A stretch of 62,832 nt of DNA, counting the filler. It is 6 parts of 6 records of this genome, joined end to end, with 100 filler letters (N's around TTAATTAATTAA, not from the genome) between each part and the next. Parts side by side here need not be neighbours in the genome. Positions count along the whole stretch, not along the records: positions 42,890 to 62,832 come from SRR31147125_5370; 5 more parts are not named here. One strand, written 5' to 3'. Within the stretch, counting starts at the first letter, position 1, and the number at the start of each line of letters is the position of its first letter. Below, piece by piece: positions 50,818-61,491 of this stretch. The notes below the pieces were generated by a model. It made no database searches. It was given only the letters and a program-made list of their open reading frames with translations, and was not told the DNA's origin. The translations under genes were made by a program, and so were the position numbers.

Positions 50818-51747
50818 TTATAAATAATTAATGATTAAAAAATTAATGATAAAAACAATCATCAACAATACATAAACTAAATGATGCGTTAAATCTCTAT
50901 ATTCAACTGTATGTGTTTGATAACTTTCATTAATACTAATTTTATCATATATCAGATAGTAAATTAAAATGATCAAAAATAAGATGCTTAATAAAATAAA
51001 AACATATCCGTTAATTAACATATGATAATTGATTTGATGAACTAATATACTTAGTTGAAAAGGCAGACGCATATAATTTGAAAAGATAATAACTAATAAA
51101 TTATAGATGAAATGCAACCAAATAAATTTTCTTGTGTTTTGCTCTTTTACATATAAAATATACATGAGATTTGCAAAAATAAATGCAGAAATAATTTGTA
51201 TAGGTCCTTGGTGAACAAGTGTAAAACAAACAACTACAATGATATACCGTGAGAACTTATGCATAGCAACTTTTGATAATATAGACTTATATAAAATTTC
51301 TTCTATTATAGCAGGAATTAAAGCATACACTAAAATCATAGCTGAAAAAGATAATAATGAAAAGTGTACTGCTTCTTCTACATGAACAACACCACTTTTT
51401 GCTCTTAACAATTCAACTATGTTTTTAATGATAAAAACAATCAAAAAAATAAAAATTGCATGTATCATTAAATTAATCTTCATTTTGCGATTAATTCTGT
51501 TGAAATCACTTTCAATCAAAAATATTGTTTTTCCTTGATAAATCGAAAATTTGAGTATTAAAATTATGGGTAAAATGTAGGTGAAAATCTGTGCTATTAA
51601 TAAAGCACTTATTTCATTTTTTGCAAAAATCATAACAAAAATTGGTGATATAGTATATGAGAACGCAAATGCAATCATCATCAATAATAATGAAATCACA
51701 ATAGGTCTTTTTATAAATTTAATCATGATTAAGTTCCTTATGTTCAT
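50818..51747 (-). CDS. CPBP/Abi (CAAX) intramembrane protease-like protein
   Basis: PAIIEEILYK, FTLVH, LHFIYN motifs; polytopic. Confidence 0.8.
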   Translation of the reverse strand: MNIRNLIMIKFIKRPIVISLLLMMIAFAFSYTISPIFVMIFAKNEISALLIAQIFTYILPIILILKFSIYQGKTIFLIESDFNRINRKMKINLMIHAIFIFLIVFIIKNIVELLRAKSGVVHVEEAVHFSLLSFSAMILVYALIPAIIEEILYKSILSKVAMHKFSRYIIVVVCFTLVHQGPIQIISAFIFANLMYILYVKEQNTRKFIWLHFIYNLLVIIFSNYMRLPFQLSILVHQINYHMLINGYVFILLSILFLIILIYYLIYDKISINESYQTHTVEYRDLTHHLVYVLLMIVFIINFLIINYL

Positions 51748-53014
51748 TTATGACCACTAAAATTGTTGAAATAATTATTATATAATAAGCAATAAAAAGT
51801 ACTCCAATAAATTTAATATATGAATGGAAAGACAAGCTAAACACATGATGTGTCAGTGTTGTATTTTCCACATACAGTGGTTTTAGCAACAAATCAATAC
51901 CATAAGTGATAAGAAATGATATCACAGTTGATACGACTAATGTTTTAAATAATATAAATGAATAATCTATCAAATAAAGTTTTATTAAATCCTTTTTATG
52001 ATAACCTATTGTTTTGAGTAATCTATTTAAATTTTTTTGATTGTTATGTTTTGTGAAAATTGCACTAATCAATAATAAAGATGATTGAAAAAATACAATA
52101 GTCAACAAGACCTTCATAACACGTGAGACTTGATTCAATCTCTCAATAAGAGTTAAAATTTGATCCATTTCTGATGTCAGTTCATTTTGAACCATTTTAC
52201 TGATTTCATCTTGTATGTCAATAACATGATGTATACTATCAGATTCAACAATTACTTCTCTTTGTGTTAATTCAAAATCAAACATTTCTGTAAGTTCCTC
52301 AAAGGCATCTTCTCCTAACACAAATGGATGTAACATAGTTTGATTATCAATGCCATTGGCGTTGATAATACTTTCTTTTATGGATTGATCAAAATAATCA
52401 TCTCCAACATATCCTGAATATACACCATCTATAGTAAAATCAATAGATTCATTATTGATGGTTAGTGTCATTTTAGAACCGATAACATCTTCGTAGTCAA
52501 AAATACCTGCATATAATAAAACTAACTCATTAATAATTGCGCCATCGGCACTTAATTTATGTCCTGCAATGATAGGATCAGCTATATCTTGTGATTGAAG
52601 CACTCCAGGATTAAATGGGTCGAATTGTGAATAGCTTACATATATGCTCGTATTTGCATATATATCATATTGATTAAGGTTTAACGTCTGATGAACACTT
52701 GGTGTTTCATAAAGATTATATATCGATACTACATTATCAATATGATTTATATTGATTAAATCGCTTTCTGTTAAATCACTTCTTTGGTATGCAAAATCTT
52801 GGAAATACCCATAAGATATTGATATTTGTCTTGTACTTATTTTGTTATCAACAAATGATGATAAAAAAGTGACCCCACCTCTGCTTAGACTACTGATGAC
52901 TAACCATACAATGGTTGAAAGCATAAGTAATACACTCACGGTTCTTGTTACGCTTTTATATCTTTTATAGTTGATTTTACCTAACTCATACATATTCATC
53001 ACCTGCTTTTTCAA
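51719..53014 (-). CDS. FtsX/MacB-like ABC permease
   Basis: TM1 plus large extracellular domain plus 3 TMs; LLKTIGY..KDL. Confidence 0.8.
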   Translation of the reverse strand: MKKQVMNMYELGKINYKRYKSVTRTVSVLLMLSTIVWLVISSLSRGGVTFLSSFVDNKISTRQISISYGYFQDFAYQRSDLTESDLININHIDNVVSIYNLYETPSVHQTLNLNQYDIYANTSIYVSYSQFDPFNPGVLQSQDIADPIIAGHKLSADGAIINELVLLYAGIFDYEDVIGSKMTLTINNESIDFTIDGVYSGYVGDDYFDQSIKESIINANGIDNQTMLHPFVLGEDAFEELTEMFDFELTQREVIVESDSIHHVIDIQDEISKMVQNELTSEMDQILTLIERLNQVSRVMKVLLTIVFFQSSLLLISAIFTKHNNQKNLNRLLKTIGYHKKDLIKLYLIDYSFILFKTLVVSTVISFLITYGIDLLLKPLYVENTTLTHHVFSLSFHSYIKFIGVLFIAYYIIIISTILVVINEHKELNHD

Positions 53015-54050
53015 TAAAAGAAAATGATTTTTTTGTCAAGATGTATATTGATATGATTATAAATATTAATACGATAAATATCGCTTTAATATGAATATTG
53101 CTAGAAAATATCGATTGATCAATTAATAAAGATATTTCTATCATATCTAATATCACGTAGTTGAATAAATAAACTAATCCTATGGATAATATGAATGCAA
53201 TAAAGTGATATATTGAGCATATTAAAATAAAGTTTTGATACAGTTCTATTTTTTTCATGCCTAAAAATTTTAACAAATAAAATAATGCTTTGTGATCATT
53301 CAATATGTTTTTAAATATTGAAAAGAAACTGATAAAGATAATCACAAAGAAAAAAATAGTAAGTGATAATGATATTAAAATAGCTACGTCTTTTAATAAA
53401 TCTATTTGCTTATATTCACTTCTATAATTGATTGTGTGATTTAAATCAAAATCCTCCAATGTCTGATAATCATTTAGTTCAACTGTTTTAATATCTATTT
53501 GATTTAAAACAGGGTTAAATACATAAATTTCAGGATAATTGCTTCTTAAATAAATACCATCATCCTCAATAATACCCGATACAGTTAAAGTCATGATATG
53601 ATTTCCTGTATCAATTTCTAATTCATCATTAATTTCTACACCTTGAAATGCACTTTTTAAAACAATGGCTTTTCCTTCCGATAAATCCATACTTCCAGTA
53701 AATGAAATATCATTTTCACTTTCTAAAAGAAAATAGGCACTATCTGTATAACCTATACGAAAAATATCAAAAATAATATGATTTTTTTCAACACTTTCAA
53801 TATACTCTATTTGAATGTTTCTACTCGTATAATTAGTATCTATATTTTCAAAATAAGTCACCGTTTTATAATAATCATGTTGTTCTAAATAAATATTGAA
53901 ATAAGAGACAGCATTAAACCCTAGAGATAAAAAAAACAATGACATGGATATATTAATTGACATCATTAAAACAATAATCAGTTGATATATTTTTTTAGAA
54001 AATATTTTTTTCGTTACTAGACTATAAATCATATTGAATCCTTTTGCCAT
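52986..54050 (-). CDS. FtsX/MacB-like ABC permease
   Basis: Same architecture; LLKFLGMKKIEL. Confidence 0.75.
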   Translation of the reverse strand: MAKGFNMIYSLVTKKIFSKKIYQLIIVLMMSINISMSLFFLSLGFNAVSYFNIYLEQHDYYKTVTYFENIDTNYTSRNIQIEYIESVEKNHIIFDIFRIGYTDSAYFLLESENDISFTGSMDLSEGKAIVLKSAFQGVEINDELEIDTGNHIMTLTVSGIIEDDGIYLRSNYPEIYVFNPVLNQIDIKTVELNDYQTLEDFDLNHTINYRSEYKQIDLLKDVAILISLSLTIFFFVIIFISFFSIFKNILNDHKALFYLLKFLGMKKIELYQNFILICSIYHFIAFILSIGLVYLFNYVILDMIEISLLIDQSIFSSNIHIKAIFIVLIFIIISIYILTKKSFSFIEKAGDEYV

Positions 54051-54684
54051 CTTTGATTTTTATTATCGACGAATATCGATTTGCAATATGTTGATTATGT
54101 GTCACTAAAAAAACTATTTTTTCCTGGCTGATTTCTTCTAAAATACTTATTATTTTTTCACTATTTTTTGAATCAAGATTTCCAGTAGGTTCATCTGCAA
54201 ATATAATATCTGGATTGTTAACTAATGCTCTTGCTACTGCAACCCTCTGCGCCTCTCCTCCAGAAAGAGTTTCTGCTAATTGATCTTTTTTATCTTCTAA
54301 CCCTACAGCTCTTAATGCATGCATAGCTTTATCAATCATTTCATTTTTAGCTAATTTTTTTTGAATATATAAAGGTAATAAAACATTCTCCAATGTTGAA
54401 AAAGACCCTTCTAAAAAATGGTCTTGGAAAATAAAACCTATATGATGATTTCTTAGTTCTGCACGCTCATCAAATGATAAATCGAATATGTTTTTATCAT
54501 TATAAAAAACATGACCGTTTGTCGGTGCTAAAAGTCCTGAAGCAACCTTTAACAAAGTTGTTTTACCACTTCCTGAAGCACCGACAATCGGATATATGCC
54601 TGGTTTGTCAATTTGCACAGTAAAATCATTTAAAACATATTTATGATGAAATTTTTTTGATAACGATTCTAATTTTATATTCAT
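54022..54684 (-). CDS. ABC ATP-binding protein (LolD/MacB type)
   Basis: GASGSGKT, LSGGEAQRVA, ADEPTGNLD, VTH. Confidence 0.95.
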   Translation of the reverse strand: MNIKLESLSKKFHHKYVLNDFTVQIDKPGIYPIVGASGSGKTTLLKVASGLLAPTNGHVFYNDKNIFDLSFDERAELRNHHIGFIFQDHFLEGSFSTLENVLLPLYIQKKLAKNEMIDKAMHALRAVGLEDKKDQLAETLSGGEAQRVAVARALVNNPDIIFADEPTGNLDSKNSEKIISILEEISQEKIVFLVTHNQHIANRYSSIIKIKDGKRIQYDL

Positions 54685-54696
54685 AAGCTTTCCTTG

Positions 54697-55485
54697 TTAT
54701 TCATTAATAAGTGACATCACATCTGATTCAGTTGATTCCACTAAATAATTAATTTGATCTAAATTTAATGTATACTCGTTTTGTTCGGATTTATAGTTGA
54801 TATATCCGTTAACAAGGACATAATCAACATCAAAAAAACTAGAACAATCGACTTCGATTTCAATACTTTGTTGTATGTCTAATGTTTGATTAATTTCAAC
54901 AGTTTGGCCAACTTTGATTTCTTGTAAATATATGGGATGATTTGAATTATTCAATATCTCAACCACATATTTTTGGTAGTTTTTTGAAGTCGGAATATCA
55001 GAAAAACTTGATATAGTTACTTGATAACCTTGTAAAGTTTGTTCGCTTTGTCTATTATTTTTTTGTAGTGTTAATAATCCGATTTCATATACTTGGTTTG
55101 ATGATTCTCTAAATTTAATTTTTGTTACATTAAATGATTCATACATTGTTAAATCTACTGGAATAACTATCATTTTTTTTGTATAAAACTCATAGGTGTC
55201 ACTTGTATGAATAGTATAATTCAAGTCATAAATTTCTTCTTCTTGGTCACTAATTAATGTTAATGTGTTGCTAAGTGTAGATTCATCAAAATTATTTATA
55301 TTGTAATAAAACAACTGAATGCTGCCATAGCCTGTCGAATCAATATTGATATATCCTTTAGTCTCAATAAACACGATTTGTGGTTCTACTTCTTGATTGT
55401 TTTGATTTATAAGTTTTATGCCAACTATAAATGAAGCGAAAAATCCGATAATAAGCATTGTTATAATCGTTACCTTTTTCATCAT
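54697..55485 (-). CDS. Membrane-anchored extracellular hypothetical protein
   Basis: Single N-terminal TM, beta-rich remainder; GGAG SD. Confidence 0.7.
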   Translation of the reverse strand: MMKKVTIITMLIIGFFASFIVGIKLINQNNQEVEPQIVFIETKGYINIDSTGYGSIQLFYYNINNFDESTLSNTLTLISDQEEEIYDLNYTIHTSDTYEFYTKKMIVIPVDLTMYESFNVTKIKFRESSNQVYEIGLLTLQKNNRQSEQTLQGYQVTISSFSDIPTSKNYQKYVVEILNNSNHPIYLQEIKVGQTVEINQTLDIQQSIEIEVDCSSFFDVDYVLVNGYINYKSEQNEYTLNLDQINYLVESTESDVMSLINE

Positions 55486-55527
55486 GATCTCCTGTAAAAT
55501 TACTAATATTTGATATGCTATATGATA

Positions 55528-56208
55528 CTAATAAGTCGTTACGATATCATATCCTGCACCATACGTTTTAACTGTTCCAGGAGTCGTTGACGACTCACCA
55601 TCAGACCACCAAAAGAATATCCTAGTTTGAATTGTTTGTTTGTGAGATGCATAATATATAATTGATTCAGCTTTGTATGTATACAAGGATTTAGCTTGTC
55701 CTGGATAACAAGTAAATGAGATAGTTTTTGTTGTTGTCTCGGACGAAGAAACTGATGCATCTATCGCTGCACCTAAAGAAGCAATATGCTCTTCACCAAT
55801 TGTAGCTTCTATTGAAGAAGAAATAGTTGATGTTATTGACGTTTCGATGCTTTCTGAAAAATAAAGACTGTTTCCAGTGTATGCACTCCAGTAATCAGAA
55901 AAATTGTCATAATCAGCGCGATTAATGACTGTATCTGTTAAATCCAAATGATATCTAAGTGTTCTATTGTATTTAGTCGTATTATAAGATGATTCTGATG
56001 AATCCTTTGAGATTTCATTTTTAACTCTTTGTCCGGTTGCTAAAGGTGAGAATATAATATTTCCCCAATATAACTGTAAAAAATTACTTGTGTAGTATAC
56101 TTGCGTAGTATCGTTTGTAGCTGCATGAACTGGTTTCGAAGGTAGTGCTATCATAAGCGCAAGTACGATAATAAAACTTAAAAATAACTTGTTTAATTTA
56201 TTTATCAT
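55528..56208 (-). CDS. Secreted protein with a Ser/Thr-rich amphipathic hairpin (aerolysin/ETX-MTX2-like candidate)
   Basis: Signal peptide ending VHA/A; SESIETSITSTISSSIEATIG...LGAAIDASVSSSETTTKTISF; CDS is secure, fold is inferred. Confidence 0.6.
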   Translation of the reverse strand: MINKLNKLFLSFIIVLALMIALPSKPVHAATNDTTQVYYTSNFLQLYWGNIIFSPLATGQRVKNEISKDSSESSYNTTKYNRTLRYHLDLTDTVINRADYDNFSDYWSAYTGNSLYFSESIETSITSTISSSIEATIGEEHIASLGAAIDASVSSSETTTKTISFTCYPGQAKSLYTYKAESIIYYASHKQTIQTRIFFWWSDGESSTTPGTVKTYGAGYDIVTTY

Positions 56209-56300
56209 TTTTAATCTCCTTTTTTTCTAAGAATTACTTATTCATTTTAATAATCTTAAAAATTAGCGTTCCCTTAAAAATCTTGAAGTAGTTTCTGTTT

Positions 56301-56390
56301 TTATGTCGTGATATTTGCTATGATGTTAATTATCGCTTTCCTATAATCTCCCCCTTTCTTTTTTATAAATGAGATCACTAAAATCATCAT
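56301..56390 (-). CDS. Putative 29-aa peptide MMILVISFIKKKGGDYRKAIINIIANITT
   Basis: AAGGAG SD and extended -10 TGATATAAT directly upstream. Confidence 0.3.
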   Translation of the reverse strand: MMILVISFIKKKGGDYRKAIINIIANITT

Positions 56391-56461
56391 AACTCTTATT
56401 TCTCCTTTATTATATCATTAGATTTTAGTCAAAAATAGGGCACATATGTCCTATTATTTAA

Positions 56462-56767
56462 TTATTTTGTATCTATCATATAAGAAATAACGATTAAAGA
56501 ATTAACGATAAATATACTTTTTACGCTGAATACAATAAAAAATCCACCCGATCTCTTAATGGATATAGGTGGATTACTTCCTAGTGATTTAATATATGAT
56601 AATTGAATTTTCTCTTCTAATTGTTCATCATGTTTTTTATTATCATCTTTTAAATATATTTTATTGAACTGCATAATAATTTGACTTGCTTGCTCACATA
56701 ACATGACTAATTCAGTTTCATTTACTAAAATAAGTTTTCCTTGTAACATACGTTCTTTTTTTGTCAT
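56462..56767 (-). pseudogene. Maltose/sugar O-acetyltransferase N-terminal (Mac) remnant
   Basis: MTKKERMLQGKL....TEL start typical of the Mac domain; no hexapeptide repeats follow. Confidence 0.5.
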
Positions 56768-56829
56768 AGATATTTCTACAATTTTCTTACATTGTCTATT
56801 TCTAATTATTTAACTCAATATTTTTTTAC

Positions 56830-57237
56830 TTAATATCCTGATTTATATGTCAAGAAATTATTGACACCATGCTCTATCATAATAACTCCATACAACACAT
56901 AATATACCCAAGTATATGGGTCACTTTCAGATAACCCAGCAAGTGATCGAAATCGCAATAAAGCAACAATCCCAAGAATTGGTATAGCAATCTCCATAAT
57001 CTTAATAACTGTATCATAATACTGAGCTGAATAAGCACGATTAAATATCGCATTTATTGGTACTATAATTAGAAAATACAGTAATGAAGCAAGTAAAAAA
57101 ATACCCCATTGACCCGAAAGAGATAATATATAATAATCATATATTTCTCCTCTTGCTATTGGTAAAAATAAAAATATGATATTAAAAAAACCAAATCCTA
57201 GTAAAATCCATTTTTTCTCACTGATTACATCTGACAT
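56830..57237 (-). CDS. Hypothetical 4-TM membrane protein
   Basis: GGGGG SD, four hydrophobic segments. Confidence 0.7.
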   Translation of the reverse strand: MSDVISEKKWILLGFGFFNIIFLFLPIARGEIYDYYILSLSGQWGIFLLASLLYFLIIVPINAIFNRAYSAQYYDTVIKIMEIAIPILGIVALLRFRSLAGLSESDPYTWVYYVLYGVIMIEHGVNNFLTYKSGY

Positions 57238-57255
57238 ATAAACCCCCTTGTAAGC

Positions 57256-58545
57256 TTATTTATTTAATTTTTCAAACTTTTCTTGCATCGTCGGATTATT
57301 CTTTGTAAGTTTTCTTACAGTTAAATGATCGGCTTTATTATTTGCTAGTCTTAAATTATTTTCACTAGATAATAACGCATCTTTTGTTTTTTGCAAATGA
57401 GAAATTGTTTTATCAATTTCATCAATTGCTGTTTTAAACTTTCTACTTGCAAGATCATAATTTCTTGCAAATCCAGTTTTAAATGCTTCTAAATCTTCTT
57501 CAAAATGGGTTATATCTATGTTTTGTTTTTTCATTAATGCCACTTCTTGTTTATAAGCAAGTGCATTAAGTGATGCATTTCGAAGAAGAGAAATAATAGG
57601 AACAAAAAACTGTGGACGAATCACAAACATTTTAGGATATTCATGTGACACATCAACGATACCTTCATTATATAAATCACTATCACTTTCAAGTAGTGAT
57701 ACTAATATCGCATATTCACAATTTTTTTGTTTTCTATCTTTATCAAGTTCTTTGAGGAAATCTCTGTTTTTCTTTTTGGTTGCTGTTGTATCATTTTCAT
57801 TTTTCATCTCAAACATGATTGAAATGATTTCATTTCCATTTTGATCAAGTTCTCTAAAAATATAATCACCTTTAGAGCCTGATGATGCATCGTTGTCTTT
57901 TCCAAAATAAGCATTTGGAAAAGCAACTGATCGGATTTTATTAAATTCATTTTCACAATGAAGTTCTAATGACTCACCAATCATCTTCGTTGATTGTTTC
58001 GCTTTAAAGTCTTTATAAAAAGCAATCGTTTCATCTTTAACTTTTAATTGATTTTTATAATTTTCTTCTAGATTTGCTTTTTCAAGTGCTTTTTGTTGTT
58101 TTTCTAAATCTATTTGTTTTTCTAAAGCAATGACTTCTTTTTCTTTTTCTGCTAAAACTTTAGCTTTCTCAAGTTCCATATCTTTACTTAACATATCAAG
58201 TTTAGCATTTAATCTTTCTATCATTAATGCTTTATTTGATAGTTCTTCTTTTAGTTTTGATTCAGCTTTAGCGATTTCTATTTGACGGTTATCATGAGTA
58301 CTTTCTAGTTTATTTTTTAATTGTGCTAGTTCTTGTTCCTTTTTAAGTAATTGTTCTTTATAGTTAGATGCTACTTTAAATGTCTCAATTTCTATATCTT
58401 TTTGATTTTGAGTTTTTAATTGCTCAAGTTGTTCATGTATTTCTGCATTAAATTCATGATTTCTCACTTGATGAACAATTTCTAAATAACTTGTTTCATC
58501 GATAGTAAATACTTCTCCACAATGTGGACATTTAATTTGATTCAT
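57256..58545 (-). CDS. DUF2130 family coiled-coil protein
   Basis: [53 protein letters not shown]. Confidence 0.88.
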   Translation of the reverse strand: MNQIKCPHCGEVFTIDETSYLEIVHQVRNHEFNAEIHEQLEQLKTQNQKDIEIETFKVASNYKEQLLKKEQELAQLKNKLESTHDNRQIEIAKAESKLKEELSNKALMIERLNAKLDMLSKDMELEKAKVLAEKEKEVIALEKQIDLEKQQKALEKANLEENYKNQLKVKDETIAFYKDFKAKQSTKMIGESLELHCENEFNKIRSVAFPNAYFGKDNDASSGSKGDYIFRELDQNGNEIISIMFEMKNENDTTATKKKNRDFLKELDKDRKQKNCEYAILVSLLESDSDLYNEGIVDVSHEYPKMFVIRPQFFVPIISLLRNASLNALAYKQEVALMKKQNIDITHFEEDLEAFKTGFARNYDLASRKFKTAIDEIDKTISHLQKTKDALLSSENNLRLANNKADHLTVRKLTKNNPTMQEKFEKLNK

Positions 58546-59072
58546 ATATTTTCCTCCATTTTACTAAAATACTTTATGATGTGTTTCGCAATTTCTTGAG
58601 GTGTAATAGTATCTGTAGGTATACGCATCACATCGCTAAAATCTCTTTGCTGATTTAAACATAAATCTATATGATTCATACACCAGCATCCTTCTTCTTC
58701 ACCACGTGAAAGAATTCTATCATGAATTGTTTCATAATTAGCTTCTAATAACATATGTTTAATCTGAATACCTTGTTTCTTTAAGGGTTCTTCAATTTTT
58801 TGAAAAGAATCTTGATAAACCAATGTCATAGGCACATATATATCACCTTGATAAGATTGTTTAATAGATATTAATAATTTAACAATCATTTCAAACCATA
58901 GATCATAGTTTTCAAATATATACCCATTAAACAATTTTTGAGGAAGATTATCTCTAACTGCATTTCCCACAGCTTCAGCGTCAAAAATAAAACTATTACT
59001 ATTCATTTTATGGAGCGCTTTAGCAACAGTTGATTTGCCAACACCATATGCTCCATTTATCCAAATAATCAT
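58542..59072 (-). CDS. TmrB-like P-loop NTPase/kinase
   Basis: [27 protein letters not shown]. Confidence 0.8.
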   Translation of the reverse strand: MIIWINGAYGVGKSTVAKALHKMNSNSFIFDAEAVGNAVRDNLPQKLFNGYIFENYDLWFEMIVKLLISIKQSYQGDIYVPMTLVYQDSFQKIEEPLKKQGIQIKHMLLEANYETIHDRILSRGEEEGCWCMNHIDLCLNQQRDFSDVMRIPTDTITPQEIAKHIIKYFSKMEENI

Positions 59073-59196
59073 ATATTTACCTTCCTACTTACATGATATT
59101 ATTTTGCTATAACAAGAAAATCATACTAAGATGACTACCCACCCTCGTAGTTATAATTGTTTATTTAATCATATTATATCATAGTTACTTATACGA

Positions 59197-59228
59197 AAAC
59201 CCCTACTCAATCATGACATAAGGGTTTT
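59197..59228 (-). terminator. Terminator hairpin
   Basis: AAAACCC...GGGTTTT stem just after the stop of 59242-59937. Confidence 0.5.
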
Positions 59229-59241
59229 AATCATTTTGTTT

Positions 59242-59937
59242 CTACTTTGTCTTACTAAATGAACTAAAAGGCATATATTTGATAACTAAAAATGTCGCAA
59301 CAATTATCTGTAAAGGTAATCTTAAAAATATATTTGCATCCACGCCACTATGTTGAACGATTAATAATCCAATGAGTGCGATGATTAACACGATACTTAA
59401 ATCTTTTCTGAAGATTTTAGTGACCAAAAAAGATAGGCCTATAAATATTAAAAAAGTAAAACCATAACTCATAATCCATGTTTCTACTGGTATATGATAA
59501 TTAGTAGGTACATGCACTTGAGTGAGCATAAAGAATATCAGTGTATATCCTAGAATTAATAGATTTTCAATTTGTCTAGCATTTCCATGTTTTTTAATAC
59601 GATTTAGAATAGTATGGAAAATAATAACTATGATTTGTGACATAAGTATTGTAAAAAGCATGATAATCAAAATGCCTAATCCAAAAGAATCAACAGAAGA
59701 TACATATCCATAAATATAGATTGCAGTCATTAATAGGAAATTAAAACCTATGAGTCCTAATTGAATGTAAGTTAATATCTTTATATCTAAAGTTTTATTT
59801 AGTAAATAAATCAAAAGAATACCTATGCTAACAAAAATAAATCCATAGTTTATAAAAGAACCTTCAAATTTAAATACTTGCCTAACCATTTCACTGATAA
59901 AAACAATCCCTAATAATGATAAAACAATTTTTCTCAT
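59242..59937 (-). CDS. Hypothetical polytopic membrane protein
   Basis: About 8 hydrophobic segments. Confidence 0.7.
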   Translation of the reverse strand: MRKIVLSLLGIVFISEMVRQVFKFEGSFINYGFIFVSIGILLIYLLNKTLDIKILTYIQLGLIGFNFLLMTAIYIYGYVSSVDSFGLGILIIMLFTILMSQIIVIIFHTILNRIKKHGNARQIENLLILGYTLIFFMLTQVHVPTNYHIPVETWIMSYGFTFLIFIGLSFLVTKIFRKDLSIVLIIALIGLLIVQHSGVDANIFLRLPLQIIVATFLVIKYMPFSSFSKTK

Positions 59938-59949
59938 ATCCTATGCCCC

Positions 59950-60377
59950 TTAATAAGTTGCTGCTATTAAGCTCAAAATAATAAATACAAATGATACAAA
60001 CCACATGATCAAGTTTTGTTTTACAAGACTCAATTTTTGTAGATACTTCCATTTCAACATCACAACAGCTAACAATGAGATCACACATGTCGCTAAAAAT
60101 AAGTATAAAATGCCTGAGATTACAGGAAAATCATCAATAATCAATATGGCAATAACAATTGAACTTAATATCGAAAATGAATATACATAAGCAATACGTT
60201 CAACGACATGTGTCATCTCTCGCCTACATATAAAATAAATGTTTGCTAAAAGTACACCTAAAAACATACCTATAAGTAATCTTATAGACATTGATGACGT
60301 AGATGCACCACTCCACAAACTTAGCATCATCATGATAAATGTTGCTACCACTAAAAATCTATATAAATCTTCTTCAT
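59950..60377 (-). CDS. Hypothetical membrane protein; probable start at ATG 60377 with a T-run frameshift
   Basis: ATG AAG AAG ATT TAT after a purine-rich SD joins the 59950-60351 frame if one T is added. Confidence 0.55.
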
Positions 60378-60448
60378 TCGCTTCTTCCCTTGTCTATATA
60401 AATAACTTTTTACCTTGGTATATCTTTTATGAAACCCATACTAAACAT

Positions 60449-60928
60449 TTAAACTAAATGTTTAGAAGGGTTATTTTGGTATCTTTCATCTTTAACAATT
60501 AATGTTGTAAATGGTGCTTTTGAATACTTATGAAATAATATATCATGTCCAACACATAGTGCCATCACAATATTTAAATCGGTATGTGCTTCATTAAGCA
60601 CTTCTGCTTGAAGTATTGGATTACATGATGAGCCAAATCCACTCCCAATAAGTTCAGTCTTAGGAACCATGCCTTCCTTACAAAAGACACGTTTAACTTC
60701 AAATGATTCTTTTAATATCTCTTCAAGTCTTCTTGCTTCTCTAGTTACTGATATGCAATGTGCAATACCTATTTTTTTATAACCTGCTTCTTTTGCAAAA
60801 GCAATGATCTCATCGACTCTACTTCTACCATATGTAAGAATATTTTGTGCATATGTCATGATGTCATGATCATCTTTATACAATGCTTTTATTTCTTCTT
60901 TTGTTAAATCTTTTATTTCTTTTTTCAT
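60449..60928 (-). CDS. DUF1847 family metal-binding protein
   Basis: SRVDEIIAFAK..GYKKIGIAHC, CNPILQA, LCVGHD, TTLIVKD. Confidence 0.85.
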   Translation of the reverse strand: MKKEIKDLTKEEIKALYKDDHDIMTYAQNILTYGRSRVDEIIAFAKEAGYKKIGIAHCISVTREARRLEEILKESFEVKRVFCKEGMVPKTELIGSGFGSSCNPILQAEVLNEAHTDLNIVMALCVGHDILFHKYSKAPFTTLIVKDERYQNNPSKHLV

Positions 60929-60935
60929 TGTTCTT

Positions 60936-61283
60936 TCATCCTATTAAAATATTATTTTTTTTAAATGAAAACGGTAGTAACGAAATGAGTATAAGTATAT
61001 ATCCAAAAATAAACATTTGATTAATATCAATCGAAAATATAATAATCTGATTAAGTGCTAAAAATATAAGTCCACTTATTGAAATAAATAGAACAAAATA
61101 ATCTCTAAATCCTTTATCATGTGTAAACTTAACACTTAATGATATAGAAAAAACGAGGGCTAGTAAAATGATATAGAGCATCATATCCGATATATTCAAC
61201 TTATTTAAATCATTGAAAGTATCTAGGATGAAATACCCAATTAATGCTATACAAAAAGATACATTGATTAATTTATGTTTCAT
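60936..61283 (-). CDS. Hypothetical membrane protein
   Basis: Four hydrophobic segments, AAAGG SD. Confidence 0.6.
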   Translation of the reverse strand: MKHKLINVSFCIALIGYFILDTFNDLNKLNISDMMLYIILLALVFSISLSVKFTHDKGFRDYFVLFISISGLIFLALNQIIIFSIDINQMFIFGYILILISLLPFSFKKNNILIG

Positions 61284-61449
61284 TTTTGTTACCTTTCATT
61301 CAGATATTCATCTTGTATAACAAAAAATCCTTATCAAAATATCAAAGGATGTCAACTTCATGTATATGATTTATCCCCCGATTTAAATAGTGTTTATGTT
61401 TAAGCATATTATATCATATTTTTAAGACTGTTCACAAAGACTAAAATAA

Positions 61450-61477
61450 AACAACGCATGAATATCATGCGTTGTTA
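61450..61477 (-). terminator. Terminator hairpin
   Basis: AACAACGCATGA-ATA-TCATGCGTTGTT followed by T-rich sequence on the minus strand. Confidence 0.7.
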
Positions 61478-61491
61478 TCGTCATTTAATAC

